This document shows positions 1 through 10,417 of a DNA stretch of 64,000 nucleotides, in pieces. The translations under genes were made by a program, and so were the position numbers. Origin of the DNA: Candidatus Kaiserbacteria bacterium (GTDB taxonomy: Bacteria > Patescibacteriota > Minisyncoccia > Phycocordibacterales > UBA2100); the NCBI GenBank assembly GCA_963767115.1, contig CAVYCR010000005.1, forward strand, positions 89,582 to 153,581, in the 5' to 3' direction. How positions within the stretch are numbered: position 1 is the first letter of the stretch; every line of letters starts with the position of its first letter. Under the pieces are notes generated by a model, which saw nothing but the letters and a program-made list of their open reading frames with translations, was not told the DNA's origin and did no database searches.

Positions 1-408
1 TTCATACGTAAAGACGATTTTCAGGCCGTCGATTTTGAGCTCGCACACGTAACTCGGCTGCTTGAGCAAGGTTTCGCCTTGCTCAGATGATCGGAGGAAG
101 CGCTTCACGCGCGCGTCAAAATCACGCAGATCCTCCGGCGTGAAGGCGTCGTTGAAGGACCATTGCGGCACTTGGTGGCGAATCTTCTGGAACTGCGGCA
201 AGGGCTTCCCGCCCACGCGCTGCGAGGGTGAATCGCTCGCAATGAGCTCGGGGTAGCTGCTCTCGAGCTCGGAGAGTTCGCGCATCAGGGAGTCGCGCGC
301 TTCTTCGGTGATCTCCTCGCGATCGTACACGTGGAAAAGCCGGCGGTAGCGGTTGATCGCGCCTTTGAGACCCTCATATCGTTCACGCTCCTTTTGCGGT
401 ACAGCCAT
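1..408 (-). CDS. ligA: NAD-dependent DNA ligase LigA, N-terminal part (gene continues past window start)
   Basis: Hand translation from ATG at 408: MAVPQKERERYEGLKGAINRYRRLFHVYDREEITEEARDSLMRELSELESSYPELIASDSPSQRVGG...SYVCELKIDGLKIVFTYE. Contains the KxDG adenylation motif. Absent from the ORF track because no stop falls in the window. Confidence 0.9.
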   Translation of the reverse strand, partial: MAVPQKERERYEGLKGAINRYRRLFHVYDREEITEEARDSLMRELSELESSYPELIASDSPSQRVGGKPLPQFQKIRHQVPQWSFNDAFTPEDLRDFDARVKRFLRSSEQGETLLKQPSYVCELKIDGLKIVFTYE

Positions 409-441
409 ACAGCCATTATACCGCAACGGCTATTTCGAGTC

Positions 442-975
442 TTAGTAAGAAAGCTTGACGGAACGTTCGAGCGCCATCGTACTCGAATCAATGGCACTGC
501 ACGAGACGTTGTAACCATTGGAAACGACCGAGGTACCTACCGAGCCGTTCGAGCTCGTCTTCGAGACGGTCACCTGCGTGCAATAGTTGTTGGGATTGCC
601 GTCGTAATCGAACTGGAATGTCTCACTGTAGGGATATTGCGCGGGACTTGTGAGGGTATAGGTGGTCGAGATCGTGAGCGGCTTTGTATCGCAGGTCGGC
701 GGGAAGCTGATCGTAGGATCGGAGCAGCTTGAAGGAGTCGTTGTCGCGAAGTATTGGCAGCGCAAATCCCAATAGAGCGCGCATTCGGCGCCGGTGTCGG
801 CGGCATAGAATGCGAACTGCGATTCTCGCGCGCTTGACGAGAGGATGATCTGCTTTTGTGCAATATCAAAAATCGCCGCACCGAGTGCGATAGCTATCGA
901 GGCGATGATCGCGGCAAGAAGGAGCGTGAACCCTCGCTTGTAGATACTGTCATGAATGATTGAACGGTAGCGCAT
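442..975 (-). CDS. type IV pilin-like minor pilin/pseudopilin (KRGFTLLL N-terminal helix, no Glu5)
   Basis: The N-terminus MRYRSIIHDSIYKRGFTLLLAAIIASIAIALG is a pilin-type hydrophobic helix. It is the last gene of the pilin cluster. Confidence 0.6.
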   Translation of the reverse strand: MRYRSIIHDSIYKRGFTLLLAAIIASIAIALGAAIFDIAQKQIILSSSARESQFAFYAADTGAECALYWDLRCQYFATTTPSSCSDPTISFPPTCDTKPLTISTTYTLTSPAQYPYSETFQFDYDGNPNNYCTQVTVSKTSSNGSVGTSVVSNGYNVSCSAIDSSTMALERSVKLSY

Positions 976-988
976 ATGGTAGTGATGA

Positions 989-1666
989 TTAGTCGAGGGG
1001 AAGCCAATTATACAGGTTCTCCGAGATCGAGAAGGTGCGGCTCGCGAAACTCCCCGTCTGCCAGATGATAGTGACGGTGATATGAATCTCCTGCGGGATT
1101 CCGGTACTGCTACTTGTCACCACAGTCGCGTTCGCGTATCGCTGGAAATTGGTGTTCGTCCACCCGCTCGCGTTTGAATATCCAAAAAGTTGGCCGTCCG
1201 TCTGCAGTGTATCCTCTGCGACCGAACACGTAGAGCCACTTGCACCGCAAGCGGTCAATGTCGGGGTCGTCTTATGCGCATCAATGATGAAAGCTTGACC
1301 GATCGGAATGCAGGTGAAGATGCCGTTGGGAGTCAGCGATGGATCGGAGCATGCATCCGGGCTCGTAAGCGATCCTTCGTCGAGCGCGAGCACGTTGCCG
1401 TCGCGGACACTTCGTACTGCCTCGAGACCTTCTTGCGCGAGGTTCTCAGCGGTGATCTCATCGCGCGCATAGTAGGCGCTCTCCAAGCTCTGCACGGTGA
1501 GCGCCATCGGCGCCACGATCGAAACCGTAAGTAGTGTGATCGCTACCATCGTCTCGATAAGGGTGAACCCCGCTTGTAGCTTGTAGCTTGTAGCTTGTAG
1601 TCCTGAACGATTCGGAATTGAATTTCCTACAAGCTGATCTCTACAAGCTATAAGCTTCTTCATCAT
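989..1666 (-). CDS. type IV minor pilin with 33-aa leader (..SYKLQAG|FTLIETMVAITLL)
   Basis: GFTLIE prepilin cleavage/methylation motif. The ATG overlaps the upstream stop (ATGA at 1663-1666). Confidence 0.75.
   Translation of the reverse strand: MMKKLIACRDQLVGNSIPNRSGLQATSYKLQAGFTLIETMVAITLLTVSIVAPMALTVQSLESAYYARDEITAENLAQEGLEAVRSVRDGNVLALDEGSLTSPDACSDPSLTPNGIFTCIPIGQAFIIDAHKTTPTLTACGASGSTCSVAEDTLQTDGQLFGYSNASGWTNTNFQRYANATVVTSSSTGIPQEIHITVTIIWQTGSFASRTFSISENLYNWLPLD
1571..1657 (-). repeat. palindromic leader module copy 1: (cttgtag)x4 at 1573-1600, spacer, then complementary ctacaag units at 1627-1654
   Basis: The inverted repeat was read directly. It lies inside the leader-coding part of CDS 989-1666. 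Confidence 0.85.
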
Positions 1667-2280
1667 AGATCGAGGACGCGCTGCACCGCATTGGCTTCGA
1701 GATGGAAGGTGTTGGCCTGCGCCGTGCCGCTCGTGCCTTGGATGATAATGATCACGCGCGGCTGGATCGGCTGACACGTCGGGCCTTGCGAGCCGTAGTC
1801 ACAGCCGGATTTTGTCCCGACAACATAAAACGTAAGGTCGTTGATCGTCACCTCCGGGCTCGTGATCGCAAGCCAATTGTTGCCTCCGTCGGTCGACTCG
1901 CATATCGAATTTGCAGGACAACCACCGGAGCCAAAGCCTTCAGGCCCGAGCGCAAAAGACCACCGTTGTCCTTCTGTGCTGCAGCCGGGCGTGTCAGTAT
2001 TACAAGTAAAGGTGAATGCAGTGCCACCCGCCTGACAATCATCTGTGCCGTCGCCGATATACGCACCGACACCGCAATGAAACTGCGTGCCCATGCGGGC
2101 GTTACGCACCAAGTCGTCGAGCGCAATATTGAGATTGTTCATAGAATTCTGGATCGCTTGCGCCTTGCGGTCAGCCGCGACGAGCGAGAGAAGCGCCGCT
2201 ATACAGATGACCGAGACGATTGCGAAGAGCCCGACCGAGACGATCATTTCGACGAGCGTGAAGCCCCTTTGCGACGACAT
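1663..2280 (-). CDS. type IV pilin-like protein (MSSQRG|FTLVEMIVSVGLF)
   Basis: Prepilin motif GFTLVEM at an internal Met of ORF 1663-2346. The remainder is Cys-rich and secreted-like. Confidence 0.75.
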   Translation of the reverse strand: MSSQRGFTLVEMIVSVGLFAIVSVICIAALLSLVAADRKAQAIQNSMNNLNIALDDLVRNARMGTQFHCGVGAYIGDGTDDCQAGGTAFTFTCNTDTPGCSTEGQRWSFALGPEGFGSGGCPANSICESTDGGNNWLAITSPEVTINDLTFYVVGTKSGCDYGSQGPTCQPIQPRVIIIIQGTSGTAQANTFHLEANAVQRVLDL

Positions 2281-2317
2281 GCGGCGCCTTTCCTGATGCG
2301 ATGAATCAATCTGCATA

Positions 2318-2992
2318 TTATGTTTGGCTGACACTGATCTCGCCACTCGTCGAGATGATGATGTTCATCGTTTTGTGGCTGGAATTTGATTCGATGACAA
2401 TGCGCGCCGATTGCGCACCACCCGTGCAGTTCTCGTTGCCGTTTGTACCGAGCGCACATTGCGCATTGATCCAAGCGTTGGGTTCGGGGCGGACGAATAT
2501 AATGCTCAGCGTCGGAACCGGCGTCCACCCGCTGTTGGTGAGGATATCGACCTCAGATATGGTGAAACCGCTCGCGATCGTGGAGACCGAAACTTGCTCA
2601 GTACTCTCATAGGAACCGTCGCTGTTGGTGTCGGAGAAGAGTGTGTAGTTGTTGTTATTGTTATTATTATTGTTCGTCGAGAAAAAGATGCCGTATCCCA
2701 CGTTGAAGCCCGACGCGGAATTGCGCTCCACGGAAATGCCGTATACTTGCGCCTCGCGGATAGAGAGGCCGATGTCGTAGGCGAGGTTCGCGAGCTCGAT
2801 CTGGCCGCCGTTGAAGCTGTTGCTGTTGGCGAAGATCGCAGCCGCGATAAAGACGATGATGCCGCATACGACGAGAAGCTCGATGAGGGTGAAGGCAGCT
2901 TGTTGCTTGTAGCTTTTAGCTTGTAGCCGTAAGCGATTCAGAATTGAATTTCCTACAAGCTGATCTCTACAAGCTACAAGCTTTTTTTTCAT
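2318..2992 (-). CDS. type IV minor pilin with 33-aa leader (..SYKQQAA|FTLIELLVV), contains an Asn9 run
   Basis: Internal Met (MKKKLVACRDQLVGNS..) of ORF 2318-3424. There is an ATGA overlap with the pilD stop and an FTLIE motif. Confidence 0.75.
   Translation of the reverse strand: MKKKLVACRDQLVGNSILNRLRLQAKSYKQQAAFTLIELLVVCGIIVFIAAAIFANSNSFNGGQIELANLAYDIGLSIREAQVYGISVERNSASGFNVGYGIFFSTNNNNNNNNNYTLFSDTNSDGSYESTEQVSVSTIASGFTISEVDILTNSGWTPVPTLSIIFVRPEPNAWINAQCALGTNGNENCTGGAQSARIVIESNSSHKTMNIIISTSGEISVSQT
2897..2983 (-). repeat. palindromic leader module copy 2 (degenerate heptamers at 2899-2926, complementary ctacaag units at 2953-2980)
   Basis: Same architecture and a near-identical spacer (gattc.gaattgaatttcc) as copy 1. 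Confidence 0.85.
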
Positions 2993-3789
2993 AATGGAAG
3001 TGCGATGCCGTACATAGTCGTAAGCCACACGATGCAGGTACCTAGAATGAGAAACGGGCCGAACGGCACCTCGCTTCTCATTGTAAATCCACGAGCAAAT
3101 GATCCAAAGCGAGTTATCCCAAGAGAGTACATGATGCGCGGCAGCGCCAAGAGTATGCATACGCTCACGAGAGCTCCGATGATAAAAGAAAGCATGAGCG
3201 CGTAGAGTCCGGGACCGATCCCCAAGAGCCATCCCATGCCGAGGGCAAATTTCGCGTCGCCGAGGCCCATCCACGTCCCGCGCGATACTACCCAGAGGGC
3301 GAAGATCGGGAGCGCGCACGCAGGGCCGGAGAGGAGGAGCAAGACCAAGTCTTGATTTGCGCCGACATGCAAGATGCCCATGAAAGAGACGACGAGTGCG
3401 AGAAATGCGAATGCATACGCCCATTCGTCGGGGATGATGGTGTGCCGCAGGTCATATGCGGCAATTAAGACCAGAAGAGCCGCTATGATGAGGCTCAACA
3501 AGAGGATCGGTACAGCAAGCCCCGCTCCTGAGAGAAGTGCGAAAAGTACGCCGGTCGTAAGCTCGACGAGCGGATACTGAATCGATATCCGGCTCTTGCA
3601 ATAGCGGCAACGACCGAGAAGTATGATCCATGACAAGACCGGCACAAGGTCGTACCAAGCGAGTGGATGCTTGCAGCTCAAGCAGCCCGAGAAGCCGCCG
3701 AGCGAGCGTACTGAGCGACGCAAGATCACGACATTGAGAAAGCTCCCGACTATAAGTCCGTAAATACCACCAACCAAGGTCTCGATCAT
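2989..3789 (-). CDS. pilD: prepilin peptidase / N-methyltransferase (A24 family)
   Basis: Polytopic membrane protein with a CxxC..CxxC N-terminal region (GCLSCKHPL..RCRYCKSRI) and GDAKF-type aspartyl motifs. Confidence 0.9.
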   Translation of the reverse strand: MIETLVGGIYGLIVGSFLNVVILRRSVRSLGGFSGCLSCKHPLAWYDLVPVLSWIILLGRCRYCKSRISIQYPLVELTTGVLFALLSGAGLAVPILLLSLIIAALLVLIAAYDLRHTIIPDEWAYAFAFLALVVSFMGILHVGANQDLVLLLLSGPACALPIFALWVVSRGTWMGLGDAKFALGMGWLLGIGPGLYALMLSFIIGALVSVCILLALPRIMYSLGITRFGSFARGFTMRSEVPFGPFLILGTCIVWLTTMYGIALPL

Positions 3790-3822
3790 GGTGCAAGTAT
3801 AGCCTGCTTTTTGTGCATCGGA

Positions 3823-4446
3823 TCAGGAATGCACGTCGTAGCAATCTTGGCCGCTATTACCAGTATTTGTGTTGGGGCAGGGATTTGTCAGACTTCCACT
3901 AAAATCCTGAAGTGCACCATTGCCACAGTTTGATTGAGACAGGCCCGAAGGCTCTGTGTTCGGCGTGACGCCCGCTTCTGAGTTCAGCGCGCTATTTGTG
4001 TTGTTTTCCAAGGTCGCCCCGAGATGATATCCGGAGGGGTTGAGAGGGTTTGAGGTGGTACAAAGCGGGCTGTAGTAATAACAACTTGTCTCGTTACCGG
4101 CAACACAGGTGCCGGCTGAAGTCGGATCCGTCGGGATGACCGATATGTACCCGTTGCTTACAAGGTTGTTAGCCGATAGCTTGATCGGGTAATAGTTGTT
4201 GGAGTCGTAGTAGAGTTCGAGCGCAAGCTGTATTTCCTTGAGGTCTGAGATGCGTTTGGCGTCACGCGCTTGGACCTTTGCACTGTTCAAGGAAACAAGA
4301 ATGATGGAGGCGAGAATGCCGATGATGGCGATCACCACCAAGAGTTCTACGAGAGTGAATCCCCCACTTCGTCGAGAACTTCGCGGAGCACACTTCTGGC
4401 TCCTCAAGGTGCTGTTGCGACGAATCTCTTTTGAGATCATCTGCAT
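3823..4446 (-). CDS. type IV pilin
   Basis: GGFTLVELLVVIAIIGILASI class III signal/N-methylation motif after a basic leader. Confidence 0.8.
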   Translation of the reverse strand: MQMISKEIRRNSTLRSQKCAPRSSRRSGGFTLVELLVVIAIIGILASIILVSLNSAKVQARDAKRISDLKEIQLALELYYDSNNYYPIKLSANNLVSNGYISVIPTDPTSAGTCVAGNETSCYYYSPLCTTSNPLNPSGYHLGATLENNTNSALNSEAGVTPNTEPSGLSQSNCGNGALQDFSGSLTNPCPNTNTGNSGQDCYDVHS

Positions 4447-4520
4447 AATTAGGGTTATTTTTTACGATTGTGCGCTTATAGCTTCTTCTGTCTTGTTTGC
4501 GCCCCCCCTCACCACGCAGA

Positions 4521-5039
4521 CTATGTACAGACGGTCACGCTTGCGGCGAGGTTCGTAGTCTCTTGCTTAGCATTACCATTGCTGTCTACGCACCACATTA
4601 TCGGTGTGCCGTTTTTAGACGCGGAGAGCGGGGCTTCTGTCGCCCAGTTGGAGGCGGAAGCATGGCAGGTCACGGTGTTCCAAGCACCAGCGGTTGCAAG
4701 TGTCGTATTGAGCGTTCCTGCACTTGCAAGCTGGCTGTTTGACTGGCTTTGAGCGCCGGCAAGGATCGTGCCTGCACCTGCGGGTGTCGCCGAGCCGAGT
4801 GCTGCGCAGCCGCCCGAGTAACTATTGGCATTGTTGGAAGCAAAGAGTTCCATCTGGGAACGGACACTGTCGAGGTCGCTCTTGACGCCTGCATCAACTC
4901 CCTTGCTGCGCGCTGTCGCAAGCGAGGCGAGAATGATGGCGGCCAAGATGCCGATGATGGCGATCACCACGAGAAGCTCGATGAGGGTGAAGCCTTTCGA
5001 CTTTCTCAATGCAAGACCGCGATTAAGTGATTTCTTCAT
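4521..5039 (-). CDS. type IV pilin (major-pilin-like), tandem paralog 1
   Basis: MKKSLNRGLALRKSKGFTLIELLVVIAIIGILAAI, with a C-terminal Cys pair. The start was taken at the internal Met at 5039. Confidence 0.85.
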   Translation of the reverse strand: MKKSLNRGLALRKSKGFTLIELLVVIAIIGILAAIILASLATARSKGVDAGVKSDLDSVRSQMELFASNNANSYSGGCAALGSATPAGAGTILAGAQSQSNSQLASAGTLNTTLATAGAWNTVTCHASASNWATEAPLSASKNGTPIMWCVDSNGNAKQETTNLAASVTVCT

Positions 5040-5243
5040 AACGTTATTTTGCTTCTTATGAAATAGTAATAAATTCAATAATGTAATTGTATACTGTCGC
5101 TTTATAATTGTGATGATTGTTGCGAGTCAGGTGTGGATAAACTGAGAAGTCTTTTACAGATGACGTTGCCAACGATGATACTAAAAACAAAAAGACTCCC
5201 GAAGGAGTCTTTTTGTTTTGATGCTTTCATGCATCGTGCAAAC

Positions 5244-5744
5244 TTATGTACAGATAGTGACGCTCGCGGCGAGGTTTGTGCTCTCTGCCTTAGCATCGCC
5301 GTTGCTGTCTACGCACCACATAGAAGGCGTGCCGTTTTTGGATGCGGAGAGCGGAGTCTCTGCGGCCCATGCTGATCCACTGTCGTGACAAGTTACGTTG
5401 TTCCAAGCGCCTGCGGTTGCCGCTGTCGTATTGAGCGTTCCTGCACTTGCAAGCTGGCTGTTGGCCTGAGTCTGAGCTCCGGCAAGGATAGTGCCTGCGC
5501 CTGCGGGTGTGGCGGAGCCGAGTGCTGCGCAACCGCCCGTATAACTATTAGCATTGCTCGACGCATAGAGCTCCATCTGAGAACGAACGCTATCCATATC
5601 GCTCTTGACGCCTGCATCAACTCCCTTGCTGCGCGCTGTCGCAAGCGAGGCGAGAATGATGGCGGCCAAGATGCCGATGATGGCGATCACCACGAGAAGC
5701 TCGATGAGGGTGAAACCTCGATTACGATTAAATGATTTCTTCAT
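5244..5744 (-). CDS. type IV pilin (major-pilin-like), tandem paralog 2
   Basis: MKKSFNRNRGFTLIELLVVIAIIGILAAI. Very similar to 4521-5039 along its full length. Confidence 0.85.
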   Translation of the reverse strand: MKKSFNRNRGFTLIELLVVIAIIGILAAIILASLATARSKGVDAGVKSDMDSVRSQMELYASSNANSYTGGCAALGSATPAGAGTILAGAQTQANSQLASAGTLNTTAATAGAWNNVTCHDSGSAWAAETPLSASKNGTPSMWCVDSNGDAKAESTNLAASVTICT

Positions 5745-5856
5745 ACCATTATATTTTTACTTTTTATAAACCATTAATAAATTCTATACGGCAATTGTAT
5801 AACGGTGCTTCATAATTTCTTATGACTGTTGCACACGGTTGTGGATAACGGAACTC

Positions 5857-5937
5857 AGCTTCTAGCTGCTAGTGGCTAGCTTCTAGTAAAAAGAAAGTGA
5901 CGTATAGATTTTAGCTAGAAGCTAGCCCCTAGAAGCT
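5857..5937 (-). repeat. palindromic element just downstream of the pilC stop (arms agcttctag/ctagaagct and gctagcttctag/ctagaagctagc)
   Basis: Read directly. The unit differs by 1 nt from the leader-module unit (gcttCtag vs gcttGtag). Confidence 0.8.
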
Positions 5938-5946
5938 TCTTCTGCA

Positions 5947-7166
5947 TTAGAACGTCCCGGCGATCTGGTAGATCGGCAAGAGGACTGCCGCGAGCAAGAC
6001 GCCGACGCCGACGGCGAGAAAGACGATCATCACCGGCTCGATGAGACCGACAAGTGTATCGATCGCGTTGTCGACCTCGCGCCGATAGAAGCGGGAAATG
6101 GTCTCAAGGATGACGCCCATGTTGCCCGTCTCCTCGCCTATCTTTACCATCGCGACGATGATCCCGGGCATCTCCGGATGTTTGCGCAGTGCCTCGCTGA
6201 GCGGCATGCCGCCCTTCACGTCGACACCCGCGTCAGCGAGCACCTGCATGTAGATCGGGTCGCCCACGACGGCGCCCGTGATCTCTATCGCACGCAGGAT
6301 CTGAATACCGCTCTTGAGCATTGTGGAAAGGTTGTCGGCGATGCGCGAGAGGAAAATCTTCTTGTAGATGCCGCCGATGATCGGCATCTGCAGGCGCGCA
6401 CGCGAAAGTACCTGGCGGCCGCTTTCTGTCTGTGAATATCGATAGAGGAAGAAAGCGCCGACGAAGGTCATAATAATGATCAAGAGGATGTATTGGCGCA
6501 CAAACTCCGACGTACCGATCACGATCTGCGTGGTGATGGGCGGCTTCTGTCCGGCCGTGGTGATCATGCTGGCAAGGTTCGGGATGACGATCGTCATCAT
6601 GAGTGTCATGACCACGACGAACGTGAATATAATGAACGCCGGATAGATCAGAGCATTGCGAGCTTTCTGGATGATTTCGTAGTTACGGTCGAGGTACGAG
6701 GCAAGGTAGGTGAATGTCTCGTCGAGCTTGCCGCTCTCTTCGCCGGCGCGCACCATGTTGACATAAAAGTCCGAAAACATTTCCGGATGGTGCGACATAG
6801 CCACCGAGATCGAGGAGCCGGACTGGATCTCGTTGCCTACGTCGTTGAGCTTCTCGGCGACTAAGGGCGTGCGTGCTTCCTCGGCAAGCAAGCGAAATGC
6901 GCGCAATGCCGAGACCTGTGCCTCAAAGAGCGTCGTCATCTGACGCGAGATCATCACGATATCTTCGTTGGTGACGCGGTCGAAAAAGAGATGCGGCCCG
7001 AAAGGACGCCGCTTGCACCCTTCTTCTCTCCCACCGGCTCGATCTTGGAGATCACCAAGCCGCGATGCTGCAGCGCCGAGATCGCGAGGTCGACGTTGAC
7101 CGCGTCGATAGTGCCTTCACGCTCATGCGCTTCGCTGTCGAGTGCTGTGTAGGAAAAGACGGCCAT
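5947..7166 (-). pseudogene. pilC: type IV pilus platform protein PilC/GspF, split by one frameshift
   Basis: ORFs 6954-7166 and 5947-6957 are the N- and C-parts of one GspF-family protein. The frames rejoin if the A5 run at 6983-6987 is A6 (..GRISFFDRVTNEDIVMISRQ..). Confidence 0.85.
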
Positions 7167-7184
7167 AGATCAGTGCTCAGGAAA

Positions 7185-8249
7185 TCAGATGAGTTTGTTG
7201 AGCGTGGTCGGGTTGAGCGAATACTGATAGGCAGTCTCCGCTGTGATCTCGCCACGCGCCACGAGGTCTGCAAGAGAGTGGTTGAAGTCGATCATGCCTT
7301 CGGTCGAGCTCGTCTCGATCACCACGTCGATCTCTTTGGTGCGGCTCTCGCGAATGAGGTTCCCCACTGCGTTGTTGTTGATCAAGAGCTCACAAGCCGG
7401 GATCAGCCCGCCGGAGATACGCGGCAACAAACGCTGGCTGAAAATACCCGCAAGCGAGGACGACGAGCTGGATGCGGATCTGGTCTTGTTGGCCGGCCGG
7501 AAAGGCATCGATGATACGGTCGATGGTCTGCGAAGCATTGTTGGTATGGAGTGTAGAGAAGACCAAGTGGCCGGTCTCGGCGGCGGTAACGGCAGCCGAC
7601 ATCGTCTCGTGGCCCGCGCATTTCGCCTACAAGTATCACGTCGATGTCTTCGCGGAAAGCGGCGTTGAGCGCCGACTCGAAGCTCTTGGTGTCGATACCG
7701 ACTTCGCGCTGGTCGATGAGGGATTGTTTGTGTCTCAAAAAGGTATTCGATAGGGTCTTCGATCGTGACGATGTGCTCCATGCGCTCAGTGTTGATCGCT
7801 TCGATAAGCGATGCGAGCGTCGTGGTCTTCCCCTGGCCTACCGGTCCCACGACGAGGAAAAAGCCTTGCGCGCGTCGCGCGAAGCTGATGAGTGTCTCAG
7901 GCAAGCCGAGCTCTGCGATCGTGCGAATCTTCTTCGGAATCACGCGCAGCGCGATAGCGATCGTGCCGCGCTGATAGAAAGCGTTGCCGCGGAATCGTGA
8001 GCCCTCTTCGCCTTCATAGGCGAAGTCGATCTCCTGGTCGACCTTGAATTTTTCCATCCGCTCCTTGGAAATGAGCGCGCGCAAAAAGCCTTCAAGATCC
8101 TCGGGGGTCAAGACTGGCTCCTTGAGCATCGGCATAAGGTTGCTACTGACACGGATGGTCGGGTGAATGCCTGCCGAGAAATGCAAATCGGAAGCACCCT
8201 CATGCACGAGCACGTTGATATATTTTTTGAGAATCTGAGGATAGTCCAT
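7185..8249 (-). pseudogene. pilT: twitching-motility ATPase PilT, three internal +1 frameshifts
   Basis: Walker A GPVGQGKTTT is in the main frame. The conserved blocks KQSLIDQREVG..VGEMRG and [17 protein letters not shown] lie in the other two frames (ORFs 7403-7738 and 7390-7602). Confidence 0.85.
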
Positions 8250-8263
8250 AGATCAAGTATGCC

Positions 8264-8674
8264 TTATGCTTTGGAGTTTTTCCCGATTTCTTCAGCGATG
8301 ATGTTGACAACTTCTGAGGGAATCTTGCTTGCCTTCACGACGAATGCTCTCGCGCCCAAGCTATGCGCGCGAGCGCGTTCACTATCTTCCATCTGGTTGG
8401 TGAGCGCGATGAGAGCTGCATGCGGCACGAGCTTCTCATCGCGTATTGCCTCGAGAAGCGCAAAGCCGTCACGCTCGGGCATGATGAGATCGAAGACAAC
8501 TGCATCGGCCTCGAATCCCCCGCGGAGCATTTCGATTGCCTCATTGACCGAGAGGCATCCATGCGCAGTGAAACCCTCCTTCGCGAATTTCATCGCATAC
8601 ATGTCAAGAAGAAATTTGTCATCGTCGACCAAGAGCACGTTGCCTCTGTTTTTCGGATGTATTGAATCAGGCAT
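8264..8674 (-). CDS. single-domain response regulator (CheY-like receiver)
   Basis: [26 protein letters not shown] pattern. The ORF is intact. Confidence 0.85.
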   Translation of the reverse strand: MPDSIHPKNRGNVLLVDDDKFLLDMYAMKFAKEGFTAHGCLSVNEAIEMLRGGFEADAVVFDLIMPERDGFALLEAIRDEKLVPHAALIALTNQMEDSERARAHSLGARAFVVKASKIPSEVVNIIAEEIGKNSKA

Positions 8675-8677
8675 AGG

Positions 8678-10408
<1,731 letters not shown>

Positions 10409-10417
10409 GTCGAATCA

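Noticed and set aside
2648-2674. (AAY)9 trinucleotide run encoding Asn9 in minor pilin 2318-2992
   Set aside because: Length changes would stay in frame. It is a low-complexity linker rather than an ON/OFF switch and is not pursued further.
5132-5848. Two perfect DnaA-box 9-mers (TTATCCACA on the minus strand at 5132-5140 and 5840-5848)
   Set aside because: Each is part of the duplicated pilin upstream region. There are only two boxes 700 bp apart, with no AT-rich unwinding element and no dnaA or dnaN nearby. This is not an origin and is probably a coincidental part of the promoter.
1573-5937. Possibility that the short repeats represent a CRISPR array
   Set aside because: The units are 7-9 nt and arranged as inverted repeats within or next to genes. 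There are no 25-40-nt direct repeats with unique spacers and no cas genes anywhere in the window.
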